This document shows positions 35,358-48,027 of a stretch of DNA of 64,000 nucleotides, piece by piece (the first letter of the stretch is position 1; every line of letters starts with the position of its first letter). This DNA is from Octopus sinensis (taxonomy: Eukaryota). The stretch spans positions 62,806,001 through 62,870,000 of the forward strand of contig NC_043001.1 of assembly GCF_006345805.1 (NCBI RefSeq), given 5' to 3'. The notes beneath the pieces are model-generated. The model was not told where the DNA came from. It did not search any database and saw nothing but the letters and a program-made list of their open reading frames with translations. Made by a program: the position numbers and the translations under genes.

Positions 35358-36577
35358 TAGGTTGTCCCAAAAGTTCGTAAACACTTGCGAAAATTGAATT
35401 TTTACTCGCCAAGTACTAACAAAAACAACAAAAATTATTCCTCAAAATAAAGACCATTATTTTCCAAGACTTTCTGCCATCGATCTGTAAGCTGTCGAAT
35501 CAGGTCAAAGTACCATTCAGCCAGCTTCGAATCAAAGAATATATGACACGCTTCCTCGACTTCATTAAACAAGTCAAATCGGCGGCCCTTAAGAAAGTGT
35601 TGCATTGAGCGGAAAAGGCCGTAATCTGATGGAGCACAGTCAGGACTGTAGGCTGGATGTGGCAGAACCTCAACGCCGGCCATCTCTTCAAACTTGTCTT
35701 TGGTCTTCCTGGCGGTTTGTGGCTTGGCATTGTCCTGCTGCATCAAAGCGCGCTTTTGGTTGATCAGAGCCGGGTACTTTGCTTCAACATTTCGTAGACC
35801 CGCTCCAGTTGCTGACAGTAAAGTTTGGCACTGATGGCACGACCACTCGGAACCAACTCAAAATGCACGATTCCTTCAAAGTTCCACCAAACGCACAACA
35901 TGACTTTCTTGCCGAATCGATCTTGTTTTGGAACTGACGGTGTCTCTTGCCCTTTCTGAACCCATTGCTTGTCTCGATTGTGCTGGACCAGATAGACCCA
36001 TTTCTCGTCCGAAGTCACAATGCGCTTCCAAAACCAGTCGTCCAATGGATTGCTGAGCAATTGACGGTAAATTTCAACTCGTCTGTTGGCTTGTGCTTCG
36101 GTGAGTTCATGTGGATCCTGGCGCGGCTTTTTGTGAACAAAATCAAGTTGCCTCAAGTGTCGGTGAATTGTTGATTTGCCAACTCCAAGCTCATCAGCCA
36201 ATTCTCGAGTACTCGGTGAAGGCACAATGTTCAACCCGGTTTGTAAGTCTCCATCATCTAACTTTAACGGCCGTCCCGAACGAGGCTTATCTTCAAGAGT
36301 CATGTCGCCAGAATTGAAACGCTTGTACCACTTTCAGATCGCTGCATATGCAATTGTTCCTTCACCTTCGGCAGCACAAATCTCTTCTGCAGCTTTTCTG
36401 GTTGAAAGACCTCGCTTCCAGCAGTAACGAATCAAAACTCGCAGCTCAATTTTATTCATGGGCATCTGGAATATAAAGATGAAGGTAACTATAACAATAT
36501 AAACCCAAACAAACAATTAAAAATTGCATAAAAATTCAAATTTTTGCAAGTGTTTACAAACTTTTGGGACAACCTTA
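35358..36577 (-). mobile_element. Mariner (DD34D) transposon, full length, frameshifted transposase
   Basis: TIRs TAGGTTGTCCCAAAAGTT.GTAAACACTTGC.AAAA at both ends with TA flanks; ORFs 36334..36516, 35764..36303 (VTSDEKWV), 35435..35746 (QDNA..YSPDCAPSDY). Confidence 0.95.
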
Positions 36578-36674
36578 TAATTGGGTATTATACTAGCAGT
36601 ATATTGGATAGATATTATCCCTTAGTGGGTTGGATTCACAACCTCTAACTTTCTTGGAGTCATATATATATATA

Positions 36675-38395
36675 TCTATATATATAAAACTGAGAATGTG
36701 TGTCTGTCTGTCTGTGTGTTTCCCTAAAACTTGAGAACTACTCAACCAATTTCGTTCAAATTTTACACATACCTTACTTAAGGTCCGGGGAGTGTCATCG
36801 GCAAAAAAATCTTAACTTTTTCCTTAGGGCGTTGTTGTGTTGCATTTGCAAATATGTAAACAAGGGTTCTGACACTGCAACATTTCAACTTCAACAAGAA
36901 TACTGCCAGGATGAGGTGATGCATTATCAAATGGGACGGTACATAAGTAGCAACAAGGCTTTCTGGCGCATCTTTGGCTTTCCAATTGACCAACGACACC
37001 CCGCCATTCAACAGTTTGCAGTGCACCTGGAAAATGGTCAAAGAATGTACTTCACCGATGCTAATGCTTCTCTGTTGGCAGAGGAACCAAGGGATAGCAC
37101 ACTCACTGCATTCTTCAAGCTTTGTCAAGTGGATCCATTCGCTCAAACCTTGCTGTATTCACAGATTCCATCGTATGACACATGGAATGGAAAAAAATGG
37201 GCCCCATGGAAAGCATACGCCAATGCGAGGGACGAATCTTCTTCCTCAATGCTCCTGGAGGGACAGGAAAAACATTTATTACAAAGCTTCTCCTTGCAGA
37301 AGTCAGGCAGCATCAGGACATTGCAGTAGAGCTGATAAAGTTCAAGCATGCCTAAAGTCCTCTACCCTGTGGCATCATGTTACAATCCTCAGTCTCACCA
37401 CTAACATGAGAGCTCAGCTACACGGCGACAAAATGTCCACAAAGTTTGCACAGGACATTTTGACACTTGGTGAAGGCAAGATGCCTCTCGATGCTGCAGG
37501 ACAAATGGAAGTGTGGTCATTTTCCTCTGTTGTTAATTCTGTAGATGACCTCAAAAACAAAGTCTTTCCCAACTTCACACAAAACTACCAAAATCTCAAT
37601 TGGCTGTGTGAAAGAGCAATATTAGCTCCAAAAAACGTCGCTGTTAACAAAATTAATCAACAGCTAATGCATTCTCTTCCTGGCACTATACACACTTACA
37701 AGTCTGTTGATACAATTCCAGATATAAATGAAGTTGTGAACTATCCTCCTGAATTTCTCAGTTCACTGGAGCCTCCTGGACTACCTCCATACATATTAGC
37801 ACTTAGAGTTGGAACTCCTGTAATGCTACTCCGTAATCTGGAACCACCAAGACTTTGCAATGGAGCACGACTGGTGATAAAGTAAATGATGTCACACGTT
37901 ATCGAGGCAATCATTCTTTCTGGATGTGGAAAAGGTAATGACGTCTTTATTCCAAGATTTCCTCTTACTCCATCAGGAGCAGAAATTCCATTTACATTCA
38001 AAAGACTGCAATTCCCCCTTCGTGTCAGCTTTACCATGTCCATTAACAAATCTCAGGGTCAAACCCTCTCTGTAGCTGGTCTTCTCTTGGAAGAGCCCTG
38101 CTTCTCGCATGGGCAACTGTATGTTGGCTGCTCAACAGTAGGAACCAAAAGAAACCTTTTTGTATATGCTCCTCAAGGAAAAACAAGGAACATTGTTTAC
38201 AACGAGGTGTTATAATCTCAACAGCCAGGAGGTATATACATGATCCCTTTTTTTTTTTTAACAAACTTCATGTACTTTCATGTATTTCTATTAATATACA
38301 TATATATGTGTGTGTGTGTGTATCCATGTATATATAACAGAAAAGTCTAATTCTTCAATTGAATGTAACCGAGCAATGCCGGGTATCTCTGCTAG
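36675..38395 (+). mobile_element. Internally deleted Helitron with Rep C-terminal and PIF1-like helicase fragments
   Basis: A|TC start and CTAG|T end; GRYISSNKAFWRIFGFPI (Rep), [50 protein letters not shown] (helicase motifs). Confidence 0.93.
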
Positions 38396-38418
38396 TAAAT
38401 ATATATATATATATATAT

Positions 38419-38628
38419 ATTTCTTTACTACCCACAAGGGGCTAAACACAGACGGGACAAATAAGGACAGACAAACGGATTAAGTCAATTACATCGACCC
38501 CAGTGAACTGGTACTTAATTTATCGACCCCGAAAGGATGAAAGGCAAAGTCGACCTCGGCGGAATTTGAACTCAGAACGTAGCGGCAGACAAAATACCGC
38601 TAAGCATTTCGCCCGGCATCTCGCCGCC
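38419..38628 (-). mobile_element. tRNA-derived SINE with Nin-like central domain
   Basis: Minus strand: TGAGTTCAAATTCC B box then GCCGAGGTCGACTTTGCCTTTCATCCTTTCGGGGTCGATAAA; sits between (TA)n tracts. Domain name is from recall. Confidence 0.75.
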
Positions 38629-38631
38629 TTA

Positions 38632-38662
<31 letters not shown>

Positions 38663-38669
38663 ATACATA

Positions 38670-38707
38670 TAGTTAACGGGTTGAATTTAAATTCAACCCG
38701 TTAACTA
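38670..38707. repeat. Perfect 38-bp palindrome
   Basis: TAGTTAACGGGTTGAATTT|AAATTCAACCCGTTAACTA. Confidence 0.9.
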
Positions 38708-39499
38708 CCTAGTATTATTTCTGTGCAATTGATTAACCCGTTTAGTTTATCTCTATTTTGTTTTACTCTGTCTATTTCAGCTTCACGCCTCATGTTAAAT
38801 ATATAATTTGGATCTTTTCCTTTCGAACGGCATAATCTATTTTAGGGTTAGGTTTAGTTAGAGTTAGGGGTGGGGGAAGGGTATCTTTTTTTTTCTTCGC
38901 AAATGTAAATAAACATAATCTGTTTCTTAAACGAGGGGCATATTCATATAGCACGGTATGTTTTCACCCCAAATGGACATATTTGATTGGTTAAAATTGC
39001 CGAAATGCTTGATTTTAAAGTGGAAATATGTTACAACATATAGAGTTTTCTCAATAAAGCTAAGAAAAAATGATATTTTATAACCTTGTTAGTTTATCTC
39101 TATTCTGTTTTCCTCTGTCTAATTTCAGCTTCATGCCTCATGTTAAATATATAATTCTATATTTCCTCTAACTTATCGATGTCTAAGATAAATTAACTCA
39201 CACATCTCCCCCAAATCTGCAACATATCTCTCTCTCAATTATGTCTCTTAATAGCTACAATGAAGTATTCCTTCTCCAAGAGATGAGATGTGCCCCTCAT
39301 GGCTGCTAGTTTTCGCGGTGCACCCTCCCTCCCACTCCTCCACCTTTACCGGGAGTCCCAATTTTGTCATCCCTGGTTGTCTCCCATGTACACTTCAAAA
39401 GGCTTATGCCACCCCACCCCCTGCTATATAAGGTAGTGATCATACAGTGAAAAATATGATAGAGTAGTGTATGCGGTTTGAACTTAAGCCTATTGTTTG

Positions 39500-42400
39500 T
39501 CTATGAATCCTGCCAAATGCAAGTTTTCTTTTCAGGTACATGAAGCTACTGTCCCCCGTCCCAAGGTCCCTAGGGCCCATACCTCCCACACCCTCAGGGT
39601 AGGCACCCTCAATGTTGGCACACTGAAAGGTAGGTCTGGCGAGATTGTTGAGTTGCTTGAACGGAGATGTGTTGATATGTGTTGCATCCAAGAAGTGAGG
39701 TGGAGAGGAGGTTCTGCTAAGTTCCTCACAGGCAAAGAACACAGGTACAATATTTTCTGGGCTGGGAACACTGACGGGGTCGGGGGTGTGCATATACTTC
39801 TCACTGAAAAATGGGTAGATAAGGTAATTGAGGTAGTCAGAGTATGCGACAGAATACTTAAGATTAGATTAGTGCTTCATCATGGATTAGCAACCATTAT
39901 ATTGGCCTATGCCCCTCAGCCAGGGCTACCCGATGGATAGAAAGACCGATTCTATGACACCAGACTGCAGACTACCTTGTTGACGAATGACAGGGACCTT
40001 CTCTTTGTGGCTGGTGACTTCAATGGGCATGTTGGACAACATGCTGGGGGCTTCCATGGCGTACATGGAGGCTATGGCTCTGGTTCCCGCAACGAGGAGG
40101 GAACCAGACTGCTGGAGTTCTGCGATGCGAACGATCTTATGGTTTGCAACACTAACTTCAGGAAACCTACCAGCCACCTAGTCACCTACCAATCGGGCTG
40201 ACATACTAGCCAAATTGACTACATCCTTGCCAGAAAAAGGGAAAGATGGCTGCTTATAAATGCCAAAACCTTCCCAGGCGAAGAATGTACCCCACAACAT
40301 AGACTGGTAGTTAGTGACTTTAGGATCAGGACTAAGAGGACAACCAGAAGACGACCAACATGGAGAAGAAGGGTCTGGAAGCTTAAAGATCCTGCGAATG
40401 GACAGAGATTTAGAAAAATATTACTTGAAGCCTTTGACAAAATAGAAGGGGATATAGCTACACATGGGGTAGAAGACAACTTGAGGTTTCTAAGGGACAA
40501 CCTGCTGAGAACCACTGACCAGATCTGTGGTTGGTGCAAAGTCCCCTCAAGACCCAAAATAACGTGGTGGTGGAACAATATTGTTGACAGGGCTATTAGA
40601 CAAAAGAAACAGGCTTGGAAGCACTGGAAGAATGGTGGTAGCAGAGAAGTGTATCAGACTGCCTGAAGGGAAGCTAGGAGGCAGGTTTATTTAGCCAGAG
40701 GGGAAGCAGATAAGAAAAAATTTGCCAATGTTCTGTGCCGTGAGGACAAACAACTTGAGGTATTTCGTGTTGCAAGACACTGTCTGAGAGAGAATCGTGA
40801 CGTGGTAGGAGAGAAATGTGTTCGCAAGGATGACGGTTCACTTGCGCTAAATGTGGATGCAAAGAGAGTGGTTTAGAGACGCCACTATAAAAGGTTGCTG
40901 AATAAAGAAAATGAATGGGATAAAGAGAGTCTGCCGAATGTCAACTCAACAAAGGGACCAGCTATCCGTGTTGACAGTTCCTTGGTAGTCAAGGCAATTA
41001 GAAGCATGAAGACAGGGAAAGCCCCAGGCCAATCAGGAATTACCGCAGAGATGCTCAAAATATCTGGCAGTGTCGGCTATAGCCTAGTTACCCGTATAGT
41101 TAACCAGGTGATACACGAAGGAGTCATACCCAATGACTTGTGTAGCAGCATAATAGTTAACTGCTACAAAGGTAAAGGTGACGCCCTAGATAAAAATAAT
41201 TACAGAGGTATCAAGCTGTTGGATCATGTAATGAAGGTTACGGAGAGGGTCATAGCCCAACTTATTAGGGCGAGAGTCAACTTGGATGAGATGCAGTTTG
41301 GGAAAAGTACCACTGATGCCATATTTCTGGTAAGACAGCTGCAGGAGAAATACCTCGCCAAAGTTAAGCCCCTGTACCTGGCTTTTGTTGACATGGAGAA
41401 AGCCTTTGGCAGGGTCCCCCGATACCTTATCTGGTGGTCAATGAGGAAACTAGGGATAGATGAATGGTTAGTGAGAGCTGTGCAAGCCATGTACAGGGAC
41501 AATGTAAGTAAGGTAAGGGTTGGCAATGAGTACACTGAAGAATTCAAGGTAGAGGTTGGGGTCCACCGGGGTTCAGTCCTCAGCCCCCTCCTATTTATCA
41601 TAGTCCTCCAGGCAATAATGGAGGAATTCCAGACAGGATGCCCTTGGGAGCTACTCTACGCTGATGACCTTGCTCTAATCACTGAGTCACTATCAGAACT
41701 AGAGAAGAAGTTTCAAGTGTGGAAGCAAGGATTAGAATTGAAGGGCCTTAGAATCAACCTAGCTAAAACCAAAGTCCTAATAAATAGGAAGGCAGGCAAA
41801 CTACAAATCCCTTCAGGTAGTTGGCCCTGCTCGATCTGTAGTAGAGGTGTAGGTAGAAACTCTATAAGATGTACCAAGTGTAAGCTATGGACACATAAGA
41901 GGTGCAGTAATATCAAAGGAAGGCTAACTGGGAAGATAGTTTTTGTATGTGGCAGATGCTCGGGAGCAATAAACACTGAAAATGCGCAGAGACCAACTTC
42001 TACCACATTCCAGGGAGAAAAACTAGAAGTAGTTGATAGCTTCCATTATCTAGGTGACCAAATCAGTAGAGGAGGAGGGTGCACTGAAAGTGTAGCTGCT
42101 AGAATAAGAATAGCTTGGGCAAAGTTCAGAGAGCTCTTACCTCTGCTGGTGACAAAGGGCCTCTCGCTCAGAGTAAAAGGCAGACTGTATGATGCATGTG
42201 TACCAATAGCCATGCTACACGGCAGTGAAACATGGGCTGTGACTGCTGAGGATATGTGTAAGCTCATAAGGAATGAAGCCAGTATGATCTGATGGATGTG
42301 TAATGTCAGTGTTCATACTCAACAGAGTGTAAGTACCTTGAGAGAAAAGTTGGTCCTAAGAAGCATTAGATGTGGTGTGCAAGAGAGACGACTGCGCTGG

Positions 42401-43207
42401 TATGGTCATGTGGTGAGAATGGATGAGGATAGCTGTGTGAAAAAGTGCCACACCCTAGCCGTTGAGGGAACCTGTGGAAGAGGTAGACCCAGGAAGACCT
42501 GGGATGAAGTGATGAAGCACGACCTTCGAACATTAGGCCTCACCAAGGCAATGACTAGCGACCGAGACCTTTAGAAATATTCTGTGCTCGAGAAGACCCG
42601 GCAAGCCAGATGAAACCATAACCCATGGCCTATGCCAGGAGCATAACCAGTCTGCTTATGCGTAGCTTTTCCTTCTTTGGTCACTAAACTTTGCTTGCGA
42701 AGACCTGTTGAGGCAAGTGAAATCAAATCAATCAAAATCAAAAGCAAAGAGCACCATACAAGTGTGATCATTGACAGAGTATGATCGTTACCAGTGTTGC
42801 CTTACTGGCACTTATGCCTGTGCTAGTAGGGTGCTAAGAACACCATCCGAGTGTGATCGTTGTGATCACTGCCAGAGCAGCCAACTGGCTTCCGTACCCG
42901 TGGCACGTAAAAGGGCACCATTCGAGCATGATCATTACCAATGTCGCTTCACTGGCACCTGTGTCAGTGTCATGTGTGGAGAGATTCGAGCGAGGTCATT
43001 GCCAGTACTGCCTGACTGGCCCCTGTGCAGGTGGCACATAAAAATCACCCACTACACTCTCGAAGTGGTTGGCGTTAGGAAGGGCATCCAGCTGTAGAAA
43101 CTTTGCTAGATCAAGACTGGAGCCTGGTGCAGCCATCTGGTTGCCAGCCTTCAGTCAAAACCAACCAATCCATGCTAGCATGGAAAACGGACGTTAAATA
43201 ATGATGA

Positions 43208-43212
<5 letters not shown>
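39500..43212 (+). mobile_element. Near-full-length RTE LINE with several stops
   Basis: ORFs 39497..39940 (RVGTLNVGTL, CIQEVR), 39977..40201, 40895..42292, 42296..42574; 3' UTR and tail. Confidence 0.95.
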
Positions 43213-43246
<34 letters not shown>

Positions 43247-43605
43247 CATTACCAATATATATACATGATCATTACCAATATATATGATCATTACCAATAT
43301 ATATGATCATTACCAATATATATATATGATCATTACCAATGTCGCTTCACTGGCACCTGTGTCAGTGTCATGTGTGGAGAGATTCGAGCGAGGTCATTGC
43401 CAGTACTGCCTGACTGGCCCCTGTGCAGGTGGCACATAAAAAGCACCCACTATACTCTCGAAGTGGTTGGTGTTAGGAAGGGCATCCAGCTGTAGAAACT
43501 TTGCTAGATCAAGACTGGAGCCTGGTGCAGCCATCTGGTTGCCAGCCTTCAGTCAAAACCAACCAATCCATGCTAGCATGGAAAACGGACGTTAAATAAT
43601 GATGA

Positions 43606-43648
<43 letters not shown>

Positions 43649-43991
43649 CATTACCAATATATATACATGATCATTACCAATATATATAATCATTACCAAT
43701 ATATATATATGATCATTACCAATGTCGCTTCACTGGCACCTGTGTCAGTGTCATGTGTGGAGAGATTCGAGCGAGGTCATTGCCAGTACTGCCTGACTGG
43801 CCCCTGTGCAGGTGGCACATAAAAAGCACCCACTACACTCTCGAAGTGGTTGGCGTTAGGAAGGGCATCCAGCTGTAGAAACTTTGCTAGATCAAGACTG
43901 GAGCCTGGTGCAGCCATCTGGTTGCCAGCCCTCAGTCAAAACCAACCAATCCATGCTAGCATGGAAAACGGACGTTAAATAATGATGATGA
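42928..43991 (+). repeat. Tandem triplication of the RTE 3' tail (~285 bp) separated by (TA)n and short ATGATCATTACCAAT restarts
   Basis: Units start at 42928, 43326 and 43709 and are nearly identical. Confidence 0.9.
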
Positions 43992-45029
43992 TATATATAT
44001 ATATGTATATTACATATATATATATGTATATATACCTGTAGTGGTTAAGTGTGTATGTAAACAAATACGTAAACCAATTCATAATTGGAAATAATTTATT
44101 TACAGGATTTATTCGTTATAGGTACACTACATACAAAATGATGGCAACTGCTACGAGTTGCTAGAAATACAGAGTACATTCTTGGAAGTCATACCAGGAA
44201 TGAATATGTTTGTGTGACACTGATTTTATAACATTTGCATCATGTCAAATCAAGGAGACACAAACACATACACACATCATATTTGCATGTATGCACAAAT
44301 GTACACATATATACAATAATGGAAAACTGCAAACAAACAACACCATGACATTTGTTTACAGTTAGCATTAAATGTTAAGACAAGGAGACACATACATTCA
44401 TATATATATATACACAACAAGCTTCTTCTAGTTTTCTACACAATTTACACGACTTAAGCCAATCTCTTTGCAATAACTTCTATTTCAGATTCTTACATTA
44501 AACCTACTCTGAAATTTCTTTTTGTATTATAATTAGCACTGAATTTATCATTTTAGTTTTCAGCCCGCATATCTGTTCTGAATATGTGTATATTTGTCTT
44601 TTCATGTTAATTTGTATGTTCCATTCAACAGAAGTTTCTTTTTCATCCTGTTGAAAATCTGTATAGCTTGTCTTTAGTATGTTTCCTTTGTATCAGAAAC
44701 CTTTTTCTGTACTGGATACCTTTCTTCTTCTGTATTAGAAACTTTTCTTTTGAATCAGAAACCCTTCTTTACCCCCATCCTCCTGCTGATATCAGTACCC
44801 TATCAACAACAGTATTACAGACAGTTAACTAATTAACTGGTATTATTTATCCTTTATAGTTGTACACCACACATCTTCTTCAAGTAGATGCAGCAAGTGC
44901 TAAGTCATTGTATGATAACAATTTAAAAGAAGGGACAAACTGATATGGTATGCATATTGGCAAAAGTTCATGCAAAACATTTTTTCAGTTGTTAAATGCT
45001 GTTCCTCATCTTCCCTCTTGTCACTGATT

Positions 45030-46030
45030 CCACATTCCTAGAGTTGGCACAGTCAATATAGGCACATTGAAAGGTAGGTCTGGGAGGTTTTAGATGTGTA
45101 TTGTGTTTAAGAAGATGGAAGGGGCCTTCAGTCAGATTCCTCACAAGCAAAGAACATAGATATAAAATCTTCTGGGAGGCAACAGTAATGGGGTCGGTGG
45201 TGTGGACATACCTCTAGCTGAAAACTGGGTGGATAAAGTGATTGAGGTAGTCAAAGTGTGTAATAGGATACTTGCAAAGTAGTACAACTATTATTTCTGC
45301 CAAAGCTTCTCAACTGGAACTACCAGAAGAACAAAAGGACTGATTTTATATTCTTTTGCAGACTACCTCAATGACAAATAACAGGGACTTTATCTTTATG
45401 GTTGGTGACTTTAATGGGCATGTTGAGCAGCATCCTTCTAGCTTCCATGCTGTGCAAGGAGGCTATGGAGTTGATTCCAGAAATGAGGAGGGAAGAAAGC
45501 TACAGGAAGGTTATGATGCAAATGACTTAATGATCTGCAGCACTAACTTCAGGAAACCAGCCAGTCACTTGTTCACTAATCAATCTGGTGGTTACACAGG
45601 CCAGATTGATTACATTCTCACCAGAAAGTAGGACACATGGTTGCTCATAAATGCAAAGACCTTCCCAAGTGAAGTATACACCTCAACATAGGTTAGTTAA
45701 TAGTGACTTCAGACTTTTGGCCAGAAGGATTCCAATAAGCAAACCAGACTGGAATAGAAAGATTCAGAAGCTTAAAGATCCTTTGAATAATTGGAGATTT
45801 AGAAACACCCTAAATGAAGGATTTGGTGAGAAGACCCAACAGGAATTACTGTCAAGATACTTAAACTATCTGGCAGAGTGGGATATGGCCTAGTTACCCA
45901 TATAGTTAATTGGATTGTCCAGGAAGAAGTCATAACCTATGACTAGCATACCAGCATTATAGTCAACTGCTACAAAGGTAAAAGCAGTGCTTTAGACATA
46001 AGTAATTACAGAGGTATCATAACCAGGTCA
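45030..46030 (+). pseudogene. Old RTE LINE fragment (APE region)
   Basis: RVGTVNIGTL, VGDFNGHV, GQIDYIL, QHRLVNSDF, NCYKGK remnants with many stops. Confidence 0.85.
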
Positions 46031-46229
46031 TGGACATTACAAGAACTCTTTTTTTCTAATTTATTTTTCTTACCTTTCTTTTCAGATAAATGATGTCAGA
46101 CATCAGGTTGATTCAGCAAATGAACAGGCATACTGTAATGGGTACCTTAAAAGCGTAGCATAGTGATACAGAGAAAGCTTGCTTCCTGAAAGTCGCCTGA
46201 TCCTTTGTTGTTAAAGTTCAAAAGGAGTT

Positions 46230-47080
46230 GGAAGCTGTTAACGGGGATCCAACATCAGCAGCTAAATGCAAAACACATGCTCAGGGTTCTAATTTCACCA
46301 GGTATTATATGAAAAGTCCAAGAAATAATTGATAAAAATCCTGGAAAGATAACCTGAGCCACCACAAAGGACCTCAAGATTTCAGAATGCACCATCAGAA
46401 GAGTTGTGCATGATGGCAGCCTATCCTAGTCATATGTAATGCAGAGAGGTTAGTTCATGTCGGATGTGACAAGACAGAATCATTAATACCAAGAGGCTGG
46501 AATACTTTAGTTTTTTTGATGAGACAAACTTCAATCAGGATGAAAAGGTAAACTGAAGGAACAACAGATGGTTATGCAGAGACCTGAACGAGGTTCCAAT
46601 GGTCATGCATACTAAGTTCCCAACAACTGTGATGGTTCTTGGAATTGTCAGCAATGAGGGAGATGTCATGCTTCTTTATTTTTCTTCACAAAGCTTAAGA
46701 GTCAATGTCTCTGTCTATATAGAGGTGTTGGAGAAAGTTGTGAGGCCCTGGATAGACAGGATATGCAACAGAAGACTGCACATCTTCCAACAAGTCTTTG
46801 TACTGTCTAATAAGATCACCCGAGTGTGGACATGTGCCAATCTCCATGATCATGTTCACCCAGACACATGGCCTCCAAGTTCACCAGACCTGAATCCACT
46901 GGTCTATTATGTACATGGCATAGTTGAGAGAGGGGTCAAACAACACCCCCGTAACACCATACAATCTCTTAAGCCTGCCATAACCAACACTATGTCCAAA
47001 ATTGATGAAGATCATCTGATTCAAGCATGTCAACATTTCTTACTTTGTATTAAAGCAGCCACTGATGCTGACGGTTGATT
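46230..47080 (+). pseudogene. Decayed Tc1/mariner-superfamily transposase (maT/DD37D-like)
   Basis: ORF 46599..47078: KFPTTVMVLGIVS..FQQ..WPPSSPDLNPLVYYV. Confidence 0.75.
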
Positions 47081-47555
47081 CACATTGAATAAGTGTGGTA
47101 AATTGGTACAAATTATTTGTACCAATTTGTTTTCAAATACAGCATTTCTTTGATGAGCTATGTGCTGTGTTCTAAATTCATACAAATGAACTCAAAAAAT
47201 TGACATATCTTGTACATACATATACAAGATTTTCACACTAAATTTGATTATTTTTTTGTTTCCTTTTTTTCAGGAACAGCTTGATGTATTGGATAACAGA
47301 CAACAGTGTTAGAGAGCATTAGGATTAAAGTTGTAGTGAGAAAAATTAGCTAACATGGAGCTAACATGGAGGACTGGAAACCATTTGCTTATTGGAAAAG
47401 AGTTATCTGTATCATGTAAATTCATGCTGGATGTTAAAATGTCAACATCATGAATGCTCTGTGAACACTGTAAAAACTGTAAAATATGACAAGAACAGCT
47501 GCAACAAAGACTACAAAGCTGTGACCAGTAGGAAGGGATGCAGTAGGCACTTTGA

Positions 47556-47950
47556 GTGTATGTGCATGCTGAAATTCATCCCCACATCTTTGAACTGGGC
47601 CTTAAGTTCAATTCAGATAGGTATGTGAAGCTGTTGGAGACTATAATCAATTCCTGGCTGGAGAGGATTGCTGCTAGAAGGCCATATGTGAGGCAGCAGA
47701 ATTCGGCCCCTGGCCATACTTCCAGAAAGATTTCACCAGCCCCAATTTTTGGCCTCCTAATTCCCCCAGTTGTAATCCCATGGATTACTATGTGTAGGGC
47801 ACGGTTGAGAAAGACACCAACTACTTTGCTTCCAATACTAAGGCGAAACTGGTGGCCAAGATCAAAAAGATGTTCAAAGATCTTCAGTGAGGAATGCCAG
47901 ATTCTGAAGCTGTCTTGAGGCTGTGTTGGAAGCTGAGGGTGGCTACTTTG
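47556..47950 (+). pseudogene. Second decayed Tc1/mariner fragment of a similar family
   Basis: PHIFELGLKFNSDRYVKLLE..QQNSAPGHTS, then by frameshift WPPNSPSCNPMDYYV. Confidence 0.7.
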
Positions 47951-48027
47951 AGTAAACTATTATTTCTCAGCCATAATCTAGTTGATATTTTTTTGATTTT
48001 TTTCAAATATTAAATTTTTATATGGGA

